Shown here one piece after another: positions 1-9,282 of a stretch of DNA of 40,970 bases. The position numbers and the translations under genes are program-made. This DNA is from Rickettsiales bacterium. Lineage in GTDB: Bacteria > Pseudomonadota > Alphaproteobacteria > Rickettsiales > UBA1997. The notes under the pieces are model-generated. The model made no database searches and was not told the DNA's origin. It saw only the letters and a list, made by a program, of their open reading frames with translations. The DNA is taken from contig JBLHTM010000004.1 of the NCBI GenBank assembly GCA_047627215.1, positions 1 to 40,970 of the forward strand, read 5' to 3'. The number at the start of each line of letters is the position of its first letter. Within the stretch, counting starts at the first letter, position 1.

Positions 1-696
1 GCAATGCGTTATGGCAACCCTTCAACTGAATCAAAAATCAATGAATTGCTTCAAAAAGGATGCAAAAAAATTATTTTTATCCCGCTCTATCCACAATATT
101 GCGCCGCCACAACCGCGACAGTCACAGATGAGATTTATCGAGTTATGAGAAAAATAAGATGGCAACCAGAAATAAAAATTGTCAGCCAATATCCAGACAA
201 TAAAATATATATTGAGGCTTTGGTAGATAGCGTTAAAAACCACATCAAAACTCTAAATTTCAAACCAGATGCGATTCTTTCCTCATATCATGGAATTCCA
301 AAAATATATTTTGAAAAAGGCGATCCTTATTCATGTTTTTGTCGCAAAACCAACCGTCTATTTGGTGAAGAGCTTTTAAGGCAAGAAATGGGAATAGAAA
401 ATCATATTAGTTTTCAATCAAGATTTGGCCCCAAAGAATGGCTGCAACCATACACCGCAGATGTTTTGAAAGATTTGGTTAGTAAGGGAATAAAAAATCT
501 AATCGTCATCACTCCTGGTTTTGCAGCAGATTGCATAGAAACTTTGGAAGAAGTTGATATGGAATATCACGATTTGTTTTTAGAGCTTGGAGGGAAGAAT
601 TTTTCTTTGGTTCCTTGTTTGAATGATAGTGAGGGTGGAATCAAAGTTATCAACGATCTGTTGGAAAGCAATTTGGCTTATTTTCAGAATCAGTAG
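1..696 (+). CDS. hemH: Ferrochelatase (5' end outside window)
   Basis: Motifs MRYGNP, PLYPQY, SYHGIP, GDPY, FQSRFGPKEWLQPYT, GFAADCIETLEE. The frame is open to the window edge, so the Met at 4 is internal. Confidence 0.93.
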   Translation, partial: AMRYGNPSTESKINELLQKGCKKIIFIPLYPQYCAATTATVTDEIYRVMRKIRWQPEIKIVSQYPDNKIYIEALVDSVKNHIKTLNFKPDAILSSYHGIPKIYFEKGDPYSCFCRKTNRLFGEELLRQEMGIENHISFQSRFGPKEWLQPYTADVLKDLVSKGIKNLIVITPGFAADCIETLEEVDMEYHDLFLELGGKNFSLVPCLNDSEGGIKVINDLLESNLAYFQNQ

Positions 697-1077
697 ATAA
701 ATTAATTACCACCTTTAGTGCCAAGCATAAATTGCAAAAAAGTTACCATCACGAGTTGCAACTATGAGTTACCGTCATGCCGGGCATAGATTTTCTTAGG
801 TAGCTTTTCTGCCTTAGAAAATCTCGGGTCCGGTACCTCATGAGGAAAAATACCCGCCCGTAATTCTTGACCGATCTATTCTTTTAAAAGATCCTCGATC
901 CTGACTCACAAGATCCTCACTTTCGCGAGGATGACGATTATGTAAGGATGTAAAAATGGAAAATAAGATGATGATAAATAAGATTCTGCCACTCAAATTA
1001 GGTTATTTTCATAAGGAAGATCAAGGGCGCTTTTGAAGTGTATGATCCATTTATCCACTGATTTTGAAAATAGAGTC
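675..1077 (+). mobile_element. MITE-like repeat family A, copy 1 (both TIRs, degenerate TSD)
   Basis: Left end GGCTTATTTTCAGAATCAGTAGATAAAT and right end ATTTATCCACTGATTTTGAAAATAGAGTC are inverted repeats. Core CCGTCATGCCGG...CCGGTACCTCATGAGGAAAAATA is shared with five other copies. Flanks AGCAATTT / AATAATTT match at 6 of 8. Confidence 0.85.
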
Positions 1078-1122
1078 AATAATTTATAAATAATTCACCT
1101 TTCAAAACCCTCTCAGAATATT

Positions 1123-2904
1123 ATGAATAATCAAATTATCCTCAAATCCTACCTCTTTTCGCTCTTCTTGCGCTATAAAGTTTTTATCATTTCACTGGCA
1201 ATAATTGCGGTTGCGGCGGCGGGTTTTTATATTTCTGTGAATTACAAAATCAAAGAAATCATCGATATTATTGCCGCAAAATCTGACGATAATATTGGGC
1301 ACTTACTTTTGCTTTTTGTGCTTTTCAAATTCACTCAGCATTTTTTGTTTTTTATTATCAGATTGCTCGATATCAAATATCGTCCCAAAATGGGAGTTGA
1401 AATTATCAGCGATATGTATTGCAAAACCCTAGGTCACTCACTTCATTGGTTTGATTCGCATATGAGCGGTGAAATATCCGGAAAGATCATTGATTTTAAC
1501 ACCACCATATCAAAACTTATTGGTTATCTTGTTCGCGCTTTAAACAATGTTTCGGTCATAATAATTAGCTTGGTTTTCTTGTCTTTCATCAACCCCAAAC
1601 CAGCTTTGGTGATTGGCATTTTTATCATTATTTATGCGCCAATAATATGGTTTTTGCTAAAAAAACAACTTCATATTCAAGAGCAATACACCAAATCTAG
1701 GCAAGAAGCAGTTGGTATTATCAACGATTCTATTGCCAATATTTTTGGCATAAAAATTATCGGAAATATCTGGTCAGAATTCAAACTAAAGTTAAATCCT
1801 GCCTTGCTAAATTGGAAAGAATGGGAAAGAAAAGGGCGTTTTTTTGATGCTTGGTTTGTTGACAACGCCGACACAATTTTGATCACCATTATGAGTGCGG
1901 CGCAGATTTATCTTTTGGCTCATTTGTATAAAATTGGCGAAATTAGTGCGGGAGGATTTACTTTCGCGGTGATGACAACTCTCAGCATTCACAGTGAATT
2001 GGATAAATTTTTGGAAAGTTTTTTGATGGATATCATTCCCGGAATTGCCACTATGAAATCTTCCTTTTCTTTTGTGAGTACCGAATACGACATTAAAGAT
2101 CGTGCTGGCGCAAAAATTTTAAAGGATATTAAAGGCGATATCAAATTTGAAAATGTCAATTTTTCCTATGATGGTAAAAAGGAAGATAATTCCAAAAGAA
2201 TCGTTTTAGAGAATTTTAATTTACATATTCCCGCAGGTCAGAGATTAGGGGTTGTCGGAACTTCTGGGGCCGGAAAAACGACTCTCATCAAATGTTTACT
2301 GAGATATTTTGATATTCAAAGTGGAGGAATTTTAATTGACGGTAATAAAATTTCCGATGTCACTCAGGAATCTCTCAGGGCCAATATTTCTGTGATTCCT
2401 CAAGATATCACCATGTTTCATCGCTCTATTTTAGAAAATCTTCAATTGGCAAAATATGATGCTAGTAAAGATGAAATTATGGAAGCTTGCAAAAAAGCCA
2501 AAATTCATCACGACATCTTGGAAATGAGCGATGGATATGATTCTATCGTTGGTGAGCGTGGCGTGAAAGTTAGTGGCGGACAAAGACAAAGAATTGCAAT
2601 TGCGCGGGCAATTCTGAAAAATTCCCCGATTCTGATTTTGGATGAAGCGACGAGTGCACTTGACACAACTACAGAGAATTTGATTCAAGATTCCCTGAAT
2701 GAAGTTTTGGAAACCAGCGGCGCAACCGTTATTGCAATCGCTCATCGGCTTTCAACTTTGAAACATATGGATCGAATTCTTGTTTTGGAGAAGGGTAAAA
2801 TTATGGAAGATGGCAATCACAAAGAATTGATTAAAAAAGAAGATGGTCTTTATCGGAAATTATGGGAAATGCAGTCAGGGGTATTTTTACTGGAAAATGG
2901 ATAA
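1123..2904 (+). CDS. ABC-B (MsbA/MdlB-like) exporter, fused TMD + NBD
   Basis: Hydrophobic N-half; intact Walker A GTSGAGKT, signature VSGGQRQR, Walker B ILILDE, H-loop AHRLST. Confidence 0.9.
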   Translation: MNNQIILKSYLFSLFLRYKVFIISLAIIAVAAAGFYISVNYKIKEIIDIIAAKSDDNIGHLLLLFVLFKFTQHFLFFIIRLLDIKYRPKMGVEIISDMYCKTLGHSLHWFDSHMSGEISGKIIDFNTTISKLIGYLVRALNNVSVIIISLVFLSFINPKPALVIGIFIIIYAPIIWFLLKKQLHIQEQYTKSRQEAVGIINDSIANIFGIKIIGNIWSEFKLKLNPALLNWKEWERKGRFFDAWFVDNADTILITIMSAAQIYLLAHLYKIGEISAGGFTFAVMTTLSIHSELDKFLESFLMDIIPGIATMKSSFSFVSTEYDIKDRAGAKILKDIKGDIKFENVNFSYDGKKEDNSKRIVLENFNLHIPAGQRLGVVGTSGAGKTTLIKCLLRYFDIQSGGILIDGNKISDVTQESLRANISVIPQDITMFHRSILENLQLAKYDASKDEIMEACKKAKIHHDILEMSDGYDSIVGERGVKVSGGQRQRIAIARAILKNSPILILDEATSALDTTTENLIQDSLNEVLETSGATVIAIAHRLSTLKHMDRILVLEKGKIMEDGNHKELIKKEDGLYRKLWEMQSGVFLLENG

Positions 2905-3314
2905 TCATAAATTGACCCAGCATTATTTTTTGTTAAAAGTTACAATAGGTGATGAACTGGTCAACATGCTCTAGAATCTTCTCCAATTTGACGTCACTAC
3001 TAAATTTTTCTTATTTTTTAAGATTGAAAAATTTTTATCAAAAAAGCGCTAAAAATATGAAAACATCTACAATTAAATTAATTAGCTAAACAGTGTTTGA
3101 TGCCATCTCCGATCTTTGGATGGAAAACGTCATTACTAAAATCTTTGATTTTAGCGCGCGAAGCATACGAAAGGGCGATAGGAAATGGTATAAAATTCAG
3201 TAGCAATCTTAAAATCTTAATTGACAATGAATATTTTTGCTAGAAAAAGCGCTGTATCTTGATTGAAAACGATTTTTCAGAAGTGAAAAAAATAACTAAT
3301 TAAATTATAAATCC

Positions 3315-5009
3315 ATGTCCAAAATTGAGAAAAACAATCTAAAAGTTTTAGGAAAAATTTTCTATGATATCATTAAAGAAGATAAGCATTTATTGCATTT
3401 ATCGATATTTTATGGAGTTGCCATCAGTATTTTGAGTCTTTCTGTTCCCATCTCTGTTCAATCATTGGTAAATACTATCGCAAATGTGGGATCACTAAAA
3501 GCGGTCTTTACCTTGGCTACGGTTTTATTTTCTTTGCTTTGTATTTATGGATTTCTCAAGGCCTGGCAAATATATATTTTGGAGATTTTTGAGCAAAAAT
3601 TTTATGCTAGAACTTCTTCGGAATTCACCTTGAAGAATATTTTTGCTAACAATCTGTTTTATTCAAATATTAACCGCCAAGAACTAATCAATAGATATTT
3701 TGATATTACCAATATTCAAAAAATCATTCCCTCTGTGATTATTGGTTTTTTTGCCTTAATATTGCAGGTGATTTCAGGATTGATTTTGGTCTCATTTTAT
3801 CATCCTTGGATATTGCTTTTTAATATACTTTTTGTCTCGTCACTTTGTTTTGTGTGGATTTTCTGGCTCAAAGACGCAATCACAACATCTTTGGAATTGT
3901 CTAATGCAAAATACAATACCGCCAGACACCTTGAAGAAGTTGCGAGAGCCAATGGATTGTTCAATTCAGAAAAAAGGTCAAATTTTGCCATTAAAAAAGC
4001 GGATGGTTTGATTTTTGAATATCTAGAAAAAAGAAGTGATCATTTTAAATATACCTTCAGACAAAATATCGCATTTCTATTTCTCTATGCTCTTGCCAGC
4101 GCTACTTTTCTGGGAATTGGTGGATCTCTAGTAATTAAAGGTGAGTTGACTTTGGGTCAATTGATTGCAGCAGAATTGGTTCTATCTGCCGTGTTTTATA
4201 GTATTTCGATGTTGGGTTACTATTTGAGTGATATATATTATTTGTGCGCTTCTATTGAAGAAATATCCAATGTTTATGATATACCAACCGAGAGTCAAAA
4301 AGGTGCAACAAAAACTCCTGAAAAATGTGAAGATATTGTGTTTGAAAAGGCTGTTTATAGAATTGCCAAAAGAGATATTTTGATTGATTTGTCGATTAAG
4401 AAACATCAAAAAGTCGCAATTGAGGCTGCTTCACAATTATATGAAAATGCAATCCATGACGGGTTTAAAAAATATCGCCTACCCAAAAGTGGAGCTTTGA
4501 AAATCGGCAATGAAAATATTATTGATATGTGTCCGCAACAATTGCGTGACTACATTATCATATTGGACAATACAACTGTCACAGAAACTAGTATTAGGGA
4601 ATATCTAAAGATTGGTAATAGCGAGGTAAGAACTTCTGAAATTGATGATACATTAAAAATGGTCGATTTATATGATGTGGTTTATGGGCTTGAACAAAAT
4701 TTAGATACCGAACTTAGTATTATAGGAAGGCCTCTCACCCCTTCTGAAACATTGCGTCTGAAAATCGCTTTTGCATTGATTGCTAAGCCTAAAATTTTAA
4801 TTATTAATGCATTTTTTGATTCAATATCAATTAAGAAGAGAAAAAATATTTTTTCCACATTATGTTCTATGGAAGATATGACATTGATTTATTTTTCAGG
4901 AGACCATGAATTGCCTTACTTTGATAAATATATTTATCTATCCGATGAGGGAAGTAAACATTTTGACAATATGGAAGATTTTCACAAAACTTGCGATTCA
5001 CTAAAATAA
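3315..5009 (+). CDS. ABC exporter subunit (type I secretion-like) with degenerate ATPase domain
   Basis: ABC membrane domain (LSLSVPISVQSLVN, GELTLGQLIAAE). The NBD region lacks GxxGxGK, has LTPSE in place of LSGGQ and ILIINA in place of hhhhDE. First gene of an operon with HlyD and TolC. Confidence 0.8.
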   Translation: MSKIEKNNLKVLGKIFYDIIKEDKHLLHLSIFYGVAISILSLSVPISVQSLVNTIANVGSLKAVFTLATVLFSLLCIYGFLKAWQIYILEIFEQKFYARTSSEFTLKNIFANNLFYSNINRQELINRYFDITNIQKIIPSVIIGFFALILQVISGLILVSFYHPWILLFNILFVSSLCFVWIFWLKDAITTSLELSNAKYNTARHLEEVARANGLFNSEKRSNFAIKKADGLIFEYLEKRSDHFKYTFRQNIAFLFLYALASATFLGIGGSLVIKGELTLGQLIAAELVLSAVFYSISMLGYYLSDIYYLCASIEEISNVYDIPTESQKGATKTPEKCEDIVFEKAVYRIAKRDILIDLSIKKHQKVAIEAASQLYENAIHDGFKKYRLPKSGALKIGNENIIDMCPQQLRDYIIILDNTTVTETSIREYLKIGNSEVRTSEIDDTLKMVDLYDVVYGLEQNLDTELSIIGRPLTPSETLRLKIAFALIAKPKILIINAFFDSISIKKRKNIFSTLCSMEDMTLIYFSGDHELPYFDKYIYLSDEGSKHFDNMEDFHKTCDSLK

Positions 5010-5011
5010 TT

Positions 5012-6064
5012 ATGGAAAACAACTCTCAAAAAAAACTTACTGTTTTTGAAAAAAGATTACTTGAGTTCAAATCAATAAAATCGATCAAATCACCCTCTTT
5101 TTCCTTCGTTTTGGCAAAAGTTTTTGTTGTATTTCTGATATCTTCATTGACATTTCTCATCTTTGTTCCATGGCTACAAACTGCCCAAGGAACAGGATCG
5201 GTCATATCAGTAAATCCTGATAATAGAGTTCAAAATATCAGTGCTTTTGTTTCAGGGAGAATAAAAAAATGGTATGTAGGTGAAGGATCTGAGGTAAAAA
5301 AAGGTGATAAAATTCTTGAAATTGTCGATAATGATTCAGAATTAATCGGCAGGTTGCAATCTGACGTTGATAATATTGAAATAAATTTGCAAGCCACCAC
5401 AATAGCAAAAGAAAACACTTTAAAAAATTACCAGCGACAAAAAGATTTAAACAGGCTTGGTTTGAGTTCTCAAAGGGATGTTGAGCAGTCAAGAATTCAA
5501 TACCAAGGCTTCGTTTCAAAATTGTCAGAAGTAAAAAATACCCTCAATGATGCTCAAAAAGAACTTTCTCGCCAGCAAAGGCAAATCATTTATGCTCCAG
5601 AAGATGGAACAATAATAAATATTGTAGCTGGAAATGAGGCAACTGCAGTTTCTAGCGGTCAAAAACTAGCATCTTTTATTCCAAGTGATATTGACTTTGC
5701 GGTTGAGCTTTTCATCAATGGAATTGATACGCCCCTAGTTTATAAAGGTAGAAAGGTTCGATTGGAATTTGAAGGTTGGCCAATCGTACAATTTACCGGC
5801 TGGCCTTCAAAGGCAGTTGGAACTTTTGGAGGAGTTGTCGCTTCAGTTGATCAAGCGGTATCTGATAACGGGAAATTTAGAGTCATAATTGTGCCAAATC
5901 CAGAAGATGATGCGTGGCCGGGGCAAAGATATTTAAGATATGGTGCTCAAGCTAATGGCTGGATATTGCTCGAAGAAGTTAGTGTCGGATATGAAATATG
6001 GAGAAAAATCAACAGTTTTCCACCAAAAATATCTCATGATTATGGAACTGCTAAAAAGAAATAA
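5012..6064 (+). CDS. HlyD-family periplasmic adaptor / membrane fusion protein
   Basis: Single TM followed by PWLQTAQGTG, lipoyl-like motif GRIKKWYVGEGSEVKKGD, coiled coil, IYAPEDG. ATG at 5012 just after the ABC stop is preferred over TTG 4991. Confidence 0.88.
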   Translation: MENNSQKKLTVFEKRLLEFKSIKSIKSPSFSFVLAKVFVVFLISSLTFLIFVPWLQTAQGTGSVISVNPDNRVQNISAFVSGRIKKWYVGEGSEVKKGDKILEIVDNDSELIGRLQSDVDNIEINLQATTIAKENTLKNYQRQKDLNRLGLSSQRDVEQSRIQYQGFVSKLSEVKNTLNDAQKELSRQQRQIIYAPEDGTIINIVAGNEATAVSSGQKLASFIPSDIDFAVELFINGIDTPLVYKGRKVRLEFEGWPIVQFTGWPSKAVGTFGGVVASVDQAVSDNGKFRVIIVPNPEDDAWPGQRYLRYGAQANGWILLEEVSVGYEIWRKINSFPPKISHDYGTAKKK

Positions 6065-6067
6065 ATA

Positions 6068-7570
6068 ATGGCAAGTAATTTCAAGAATCAATATTTACCC
6101 TTCCCCGATTGTGCCAAAGATATGAGGGATAGTGATTCTGACAAGGCATTGAAGTTCTTGCTCCCCATTTCCTTATCTCGAAGTGATAGAGGCTTATATT
6201 TTTCTGGTTTATTCTTGATTATCTTCATATTTAGCTTCCAAAGTCTTGCTTCCGACAACAAGCTTTACCCCCAAGATATTTTGATCTCGGTGGAAAAAAA
6301 TTATCCTGAAATTTTGGTAGCAAAAGAAAATATCATTTATTCGGAAGCTTCAATAAAAGAGGCTAAAGGTGAATTTGACGCCTTTTTGAGCCACAATTAT
6401 TACAACCGCACCGAAGGTTTTTATGATGGAACTAGCAATGAAAGTCTCATTGTCAAACCTATGCCCATGTTCAATTCCGAAATATACGGAGGGTTTAGGC
6501 ACAGTGACGGAATCTTTCCGATTTATGAGGATAAGTTAATCACCAATAGTGGCGGAGAATATTTAGTGGGAATCAAAGCTTCACTTTTGAGAAATCGCGC
6601 AATAGATAAAGATCGAGGGAAAGTTATTGAGGAAGAATTAAAGAGAAATATCAGTCAGCATCAATTAGAGAAAGTTAAATTGGAAATCAAATTTAATGCC
6701 ATGAAGCATTATTATGATTGGGTGCAAAAGGGGTGGAAGATGAAAATTATGAAGGATATTTATCAGAATAATTTAAAGCAAATAGAAGCTCTAAAAATTA
6801 GATTTAATAAAGGAGAAATATCAGAAATTGCCCTAATTGAAGGGAAGCAACTTCTTATTAGAAGAAAAATCGATCTACAAAATTTTGCAGCTGATTTTCA
6901 AATTGCATCCGGAAAATTGTCTATTTTCTATCGCAGCGAAGATGTTATGATTGTTCCTGATATCAGCTCGGTTCCAAGTGAGTCAGAAATATTAAATTCC
7001 ACCCCAATAAATTCTTTTCAGATGGATCGAATTTTGGCAAAAAACCCAAAAATTCAGATATTAAAAGAGCAGATCAAGATTCAGCAAAATAATATCCAGT
7101 TGGGAAAAAACTCCTTGAATCCGCAAGCGGACTTGAAACTTGAATTCTCAAATGACGAAGGAAACGGATCTTTCGCCAGAGAGGAAGAGGAAGTTGTTGT
7201 GAAGCTGGATTTTTCTATTCCCTTGCAAACAAACAAAGGAAAATCGTCAGTAAGAAAAGCGGAGTCAAAAATCAAACAATTAAAGCATAGATTGAGATTA
7301 TCAGAAGACGGAGTTGAAGTGGAGATATCCAATATTTTTAAGAATATTGAGAATTTAAAAGAAGTTTATGAGCTAACCAAAGAACAAATAAACATCGAAT
7401 TGGCGATCTATAACGGAGAAAAAGAAAAATTCAAATCCGGAAATAGTGACTTATTCATGATCAACCAGCGGGAAAACTCCTTAGCTCAAGCCAAAATAAG
7501 CGCGGTTAAAATCAAGTTTATGATTAACATGGCCTACAATGATCTTAGATATCTTTCTTTGGATATTTAA
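6068..7570 (+). CDS. TolC-family outer membrane efflux protein
   Basis: Hydrophobic signal-like stretch ending FQSLA-S, AKGEFD, helical repeats, PQADLK, FSIPL, EKEKFKSGNSDLFMINQRE. Lies 3 nt after hlyD. Start uncertain. Confidence 0.85.
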   Translation: MASNFKNQYLPFPDCAKDMRDSDSDKALKFLLPISLSRSDRGLYFSGLFLIIFIFSFQSLASDNKLYPQDILISVEKNYPEILVAKENIIYSEASIKEAKGEFDAFLSHNYYNRTEGFYDGTSNESLIVKPMPMFNSEIYGGFRHSDGIFPIYEDKLITNSGGEYLVGIKASLLRNRAIDKDRGKVIEEELKRNISQHQLEKVKLEIKFNAMKHYYDWVQKGWKMKIMKDIYQNNLKQIEALKIRFNKGEISEIALIEGKQLLIRRKIDLQNFAADFQIASGKLSIFYRSEDVMIVPDISSVPSESEILNSTPINSFQMDRILAKNPKIQILKEQIKIQQNNIQLGKNSLNPQADLKLEFSNDEGNGSFAREEEEVVVKLDFSIPLQTNKGKSSVRKAESKIKQLKHRLRLSEDGVEVEISNIFKNIENLKEVYELTKEQINIELAIYNGEKEKFKSGNSDLFMINQRENSLAQAKISAVKIKFMINMAYNDLRYLSLDI

Positions 7571-7628
7571 TCTGCTGTAAACTCAATTTTGCTTCAGGAA
7601 AAATATTTTCATTGCATTAGCAAACAAA

Positions 7629-9173
7629 TTATTTCTTCCACTTCACTTGATAGAGATCAAGTCTGCGATCTTTTAAATTCTGCACAGTTCCAGAGTTTCT
7701 GGAGGCCACTAAAGACTCAATATTCAAATCAGAAATAATTACCATTTCAGTGTTAGGAATTGAAGTTGCGGCAATTCCATCTCTTGCAAAAGGGAAATCG
7801 CAAGGGGTCAGAATACAGCTTTCGGCGTAGTTAATATCCATATTTGAAACATTGGGCAAATTTCCCACCGTTCCTGACATCACAACATAGATTTGGTTCT
7901 CAACCGCTCTGGCTTGGCAACAATAACGCACTCGGTTGTAGCCTTGTTTTTCATCAGTGCAAAATGGCACAAATAGAATTTTCATTCCTTGGTCAGTTAG
8001 GTGTCTAGTTAATTCTGGAAACTCAGAATCGTAACAAACCAGAACCCCGATGGACCCGCAATCAGTTTCGATGGTTTTGACATAATCTCCGCCTTGAATA
8101 TTACGCCAATATTTTTCACTTGGAGTGATGTGAATTTTGGGTTGTGTATGAATTGAGCCATCTCTTAAGAAAACATAGGCAATATTTTCAATAACTCCTT
8201 GCCCATTTCGAGTTGGATGAGTTCCGCCGATGATATTAATATTGTAAGAAATTGCCATTTCTTGGAAGAACTTGATGTAATTGGGGGTTAAATCAGCTAA
8301 TTTTTCAATATTTTTGGTGCTAGAAGATTTATTTTTATCAATTGAGATAAGAGGCAAAGTAACATATTCAGGAAAGACTACAAAATCAGCTTTATAGTCG
8401 GAGGCCACATCAATAAAATATTCAATTTGACTGCAAAATTCAGTAAAATCTTTAACTTCTCTCATTTGAAATTGAACTGAAACGACGCGAGCAGAATTAT
8501 TAATTCTGCCTCTCTGAACTGAATATTTCTTATTTTCTGGAGAAAAATTAGGATTTTCCCAAACCATTAAAGAGGCGTTTTTACCCGATTCTAAATCATC
8601 AGATAGATAGTTTTTTAGAACTCTGATAAATCTAAATCCATTCTTTAAATGAAAGCCAATAGCGGGGTCTTTTAATTTTTTATCAATAACTTTTTGAACA
8701 TAATCTTCGGGAGATTCTACTTTCTTTTTATTTTTAGAAAAATTGGGCATTCTTCCGCCAAATACAATTCCTTTTAAGTTTAACTCTTTACACAAAGCCT
8801 TTCTGGAGTTGTAGAGTCTTTGGCCTATACGAAGTCCGCGATAATCTTCATCAACTATCACTTCCATTCCGTAAAGATATTCCCCGTCGGCATCATGCCT
8901 TGATGCGAAACCTCCTCCAGTAATCTCATCGTAATTATGATCTGCAAAAGCCATTTCCTCTTTGCTGATAAAGGTGGCGCAATGACCAATAATTTTTCCT
9001 TCTGATTCAACCACAAATTGACCTTCTGGGAATATGTTTAATTGCCCTTTTAGCATTTCCAGAGAAATACCAGTAACATCGGAATATATTTTAGAGCTCA
9101 AGGCAACAATTCTTGGTAAGTCACTTTTTTTGGCTTCTCTGATGTGAATTTTTGATTTTTGAATTTTGCTCAT
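7629..9173 (-). CDS. Bifunctional GNAT acyltransferase / carbon-nitrogen hydrolase (nitrilase superfamily)
   Basis: N-terminal GNAT with acyl-CoA motif YRGLRIGQRLY; C-terminal nitrilase triad FPEY, QPKIHITPSE, VCYDSEFPE; ARAVENQ. Confidence 0.9.
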   Translation of the reverse strand: MSKIQKSKIHIREAKKSDLPRIVALSSKIYSDVTGISLEMLKGQLNIFPEGQFVVESEGKIIGHCATFISKEEMAFADHNYDEITGGGFASRHDADGEYLYGMEVIVDEDYRGLRIGQRLYNSRKALCKELNLKGIVFGGRMPNFSKNKKKVESPEDYVQKVIDKKLKDPAIGFHLKNGFRFIRVLKNYLSDDLESGKNASLMVWENPNFSPENKKYSVQRGRINNSARVVSVQFQMREVKDFTEFCSQIEYFIDVASDYKADFVVFPEYVTLPLISIDKNKSSSTKNIEKLADLTPNYIKFFQEMAISYNINIIGGTHPTRNGQGVIENIAYVFLRDGSIHTQPKIHITPSEKYWRNIQGGDYVKTIETDCGSIGVLVCYDSEFPELTRHLTDQGMKILFVPFCTDEKQGYNRVRYCCQARAVENQIYVVMSGTVGNLPNVSNMDINYAESCILTPCDFPFARDGIAATSIPNTEMVIISDLNIESLVASRNSGTVQNLKDRRLDLYQVKWKK

Positions 9174-9282
9174 TTCCTGTGAATTTTGTTAATAACAATC
9201 TCTATGTTAATATTGTATCTTCCAATAAGATTAAAATCTAATAACTATCGCTAGTATATTTATCAAATAAAATTAATCCAAA

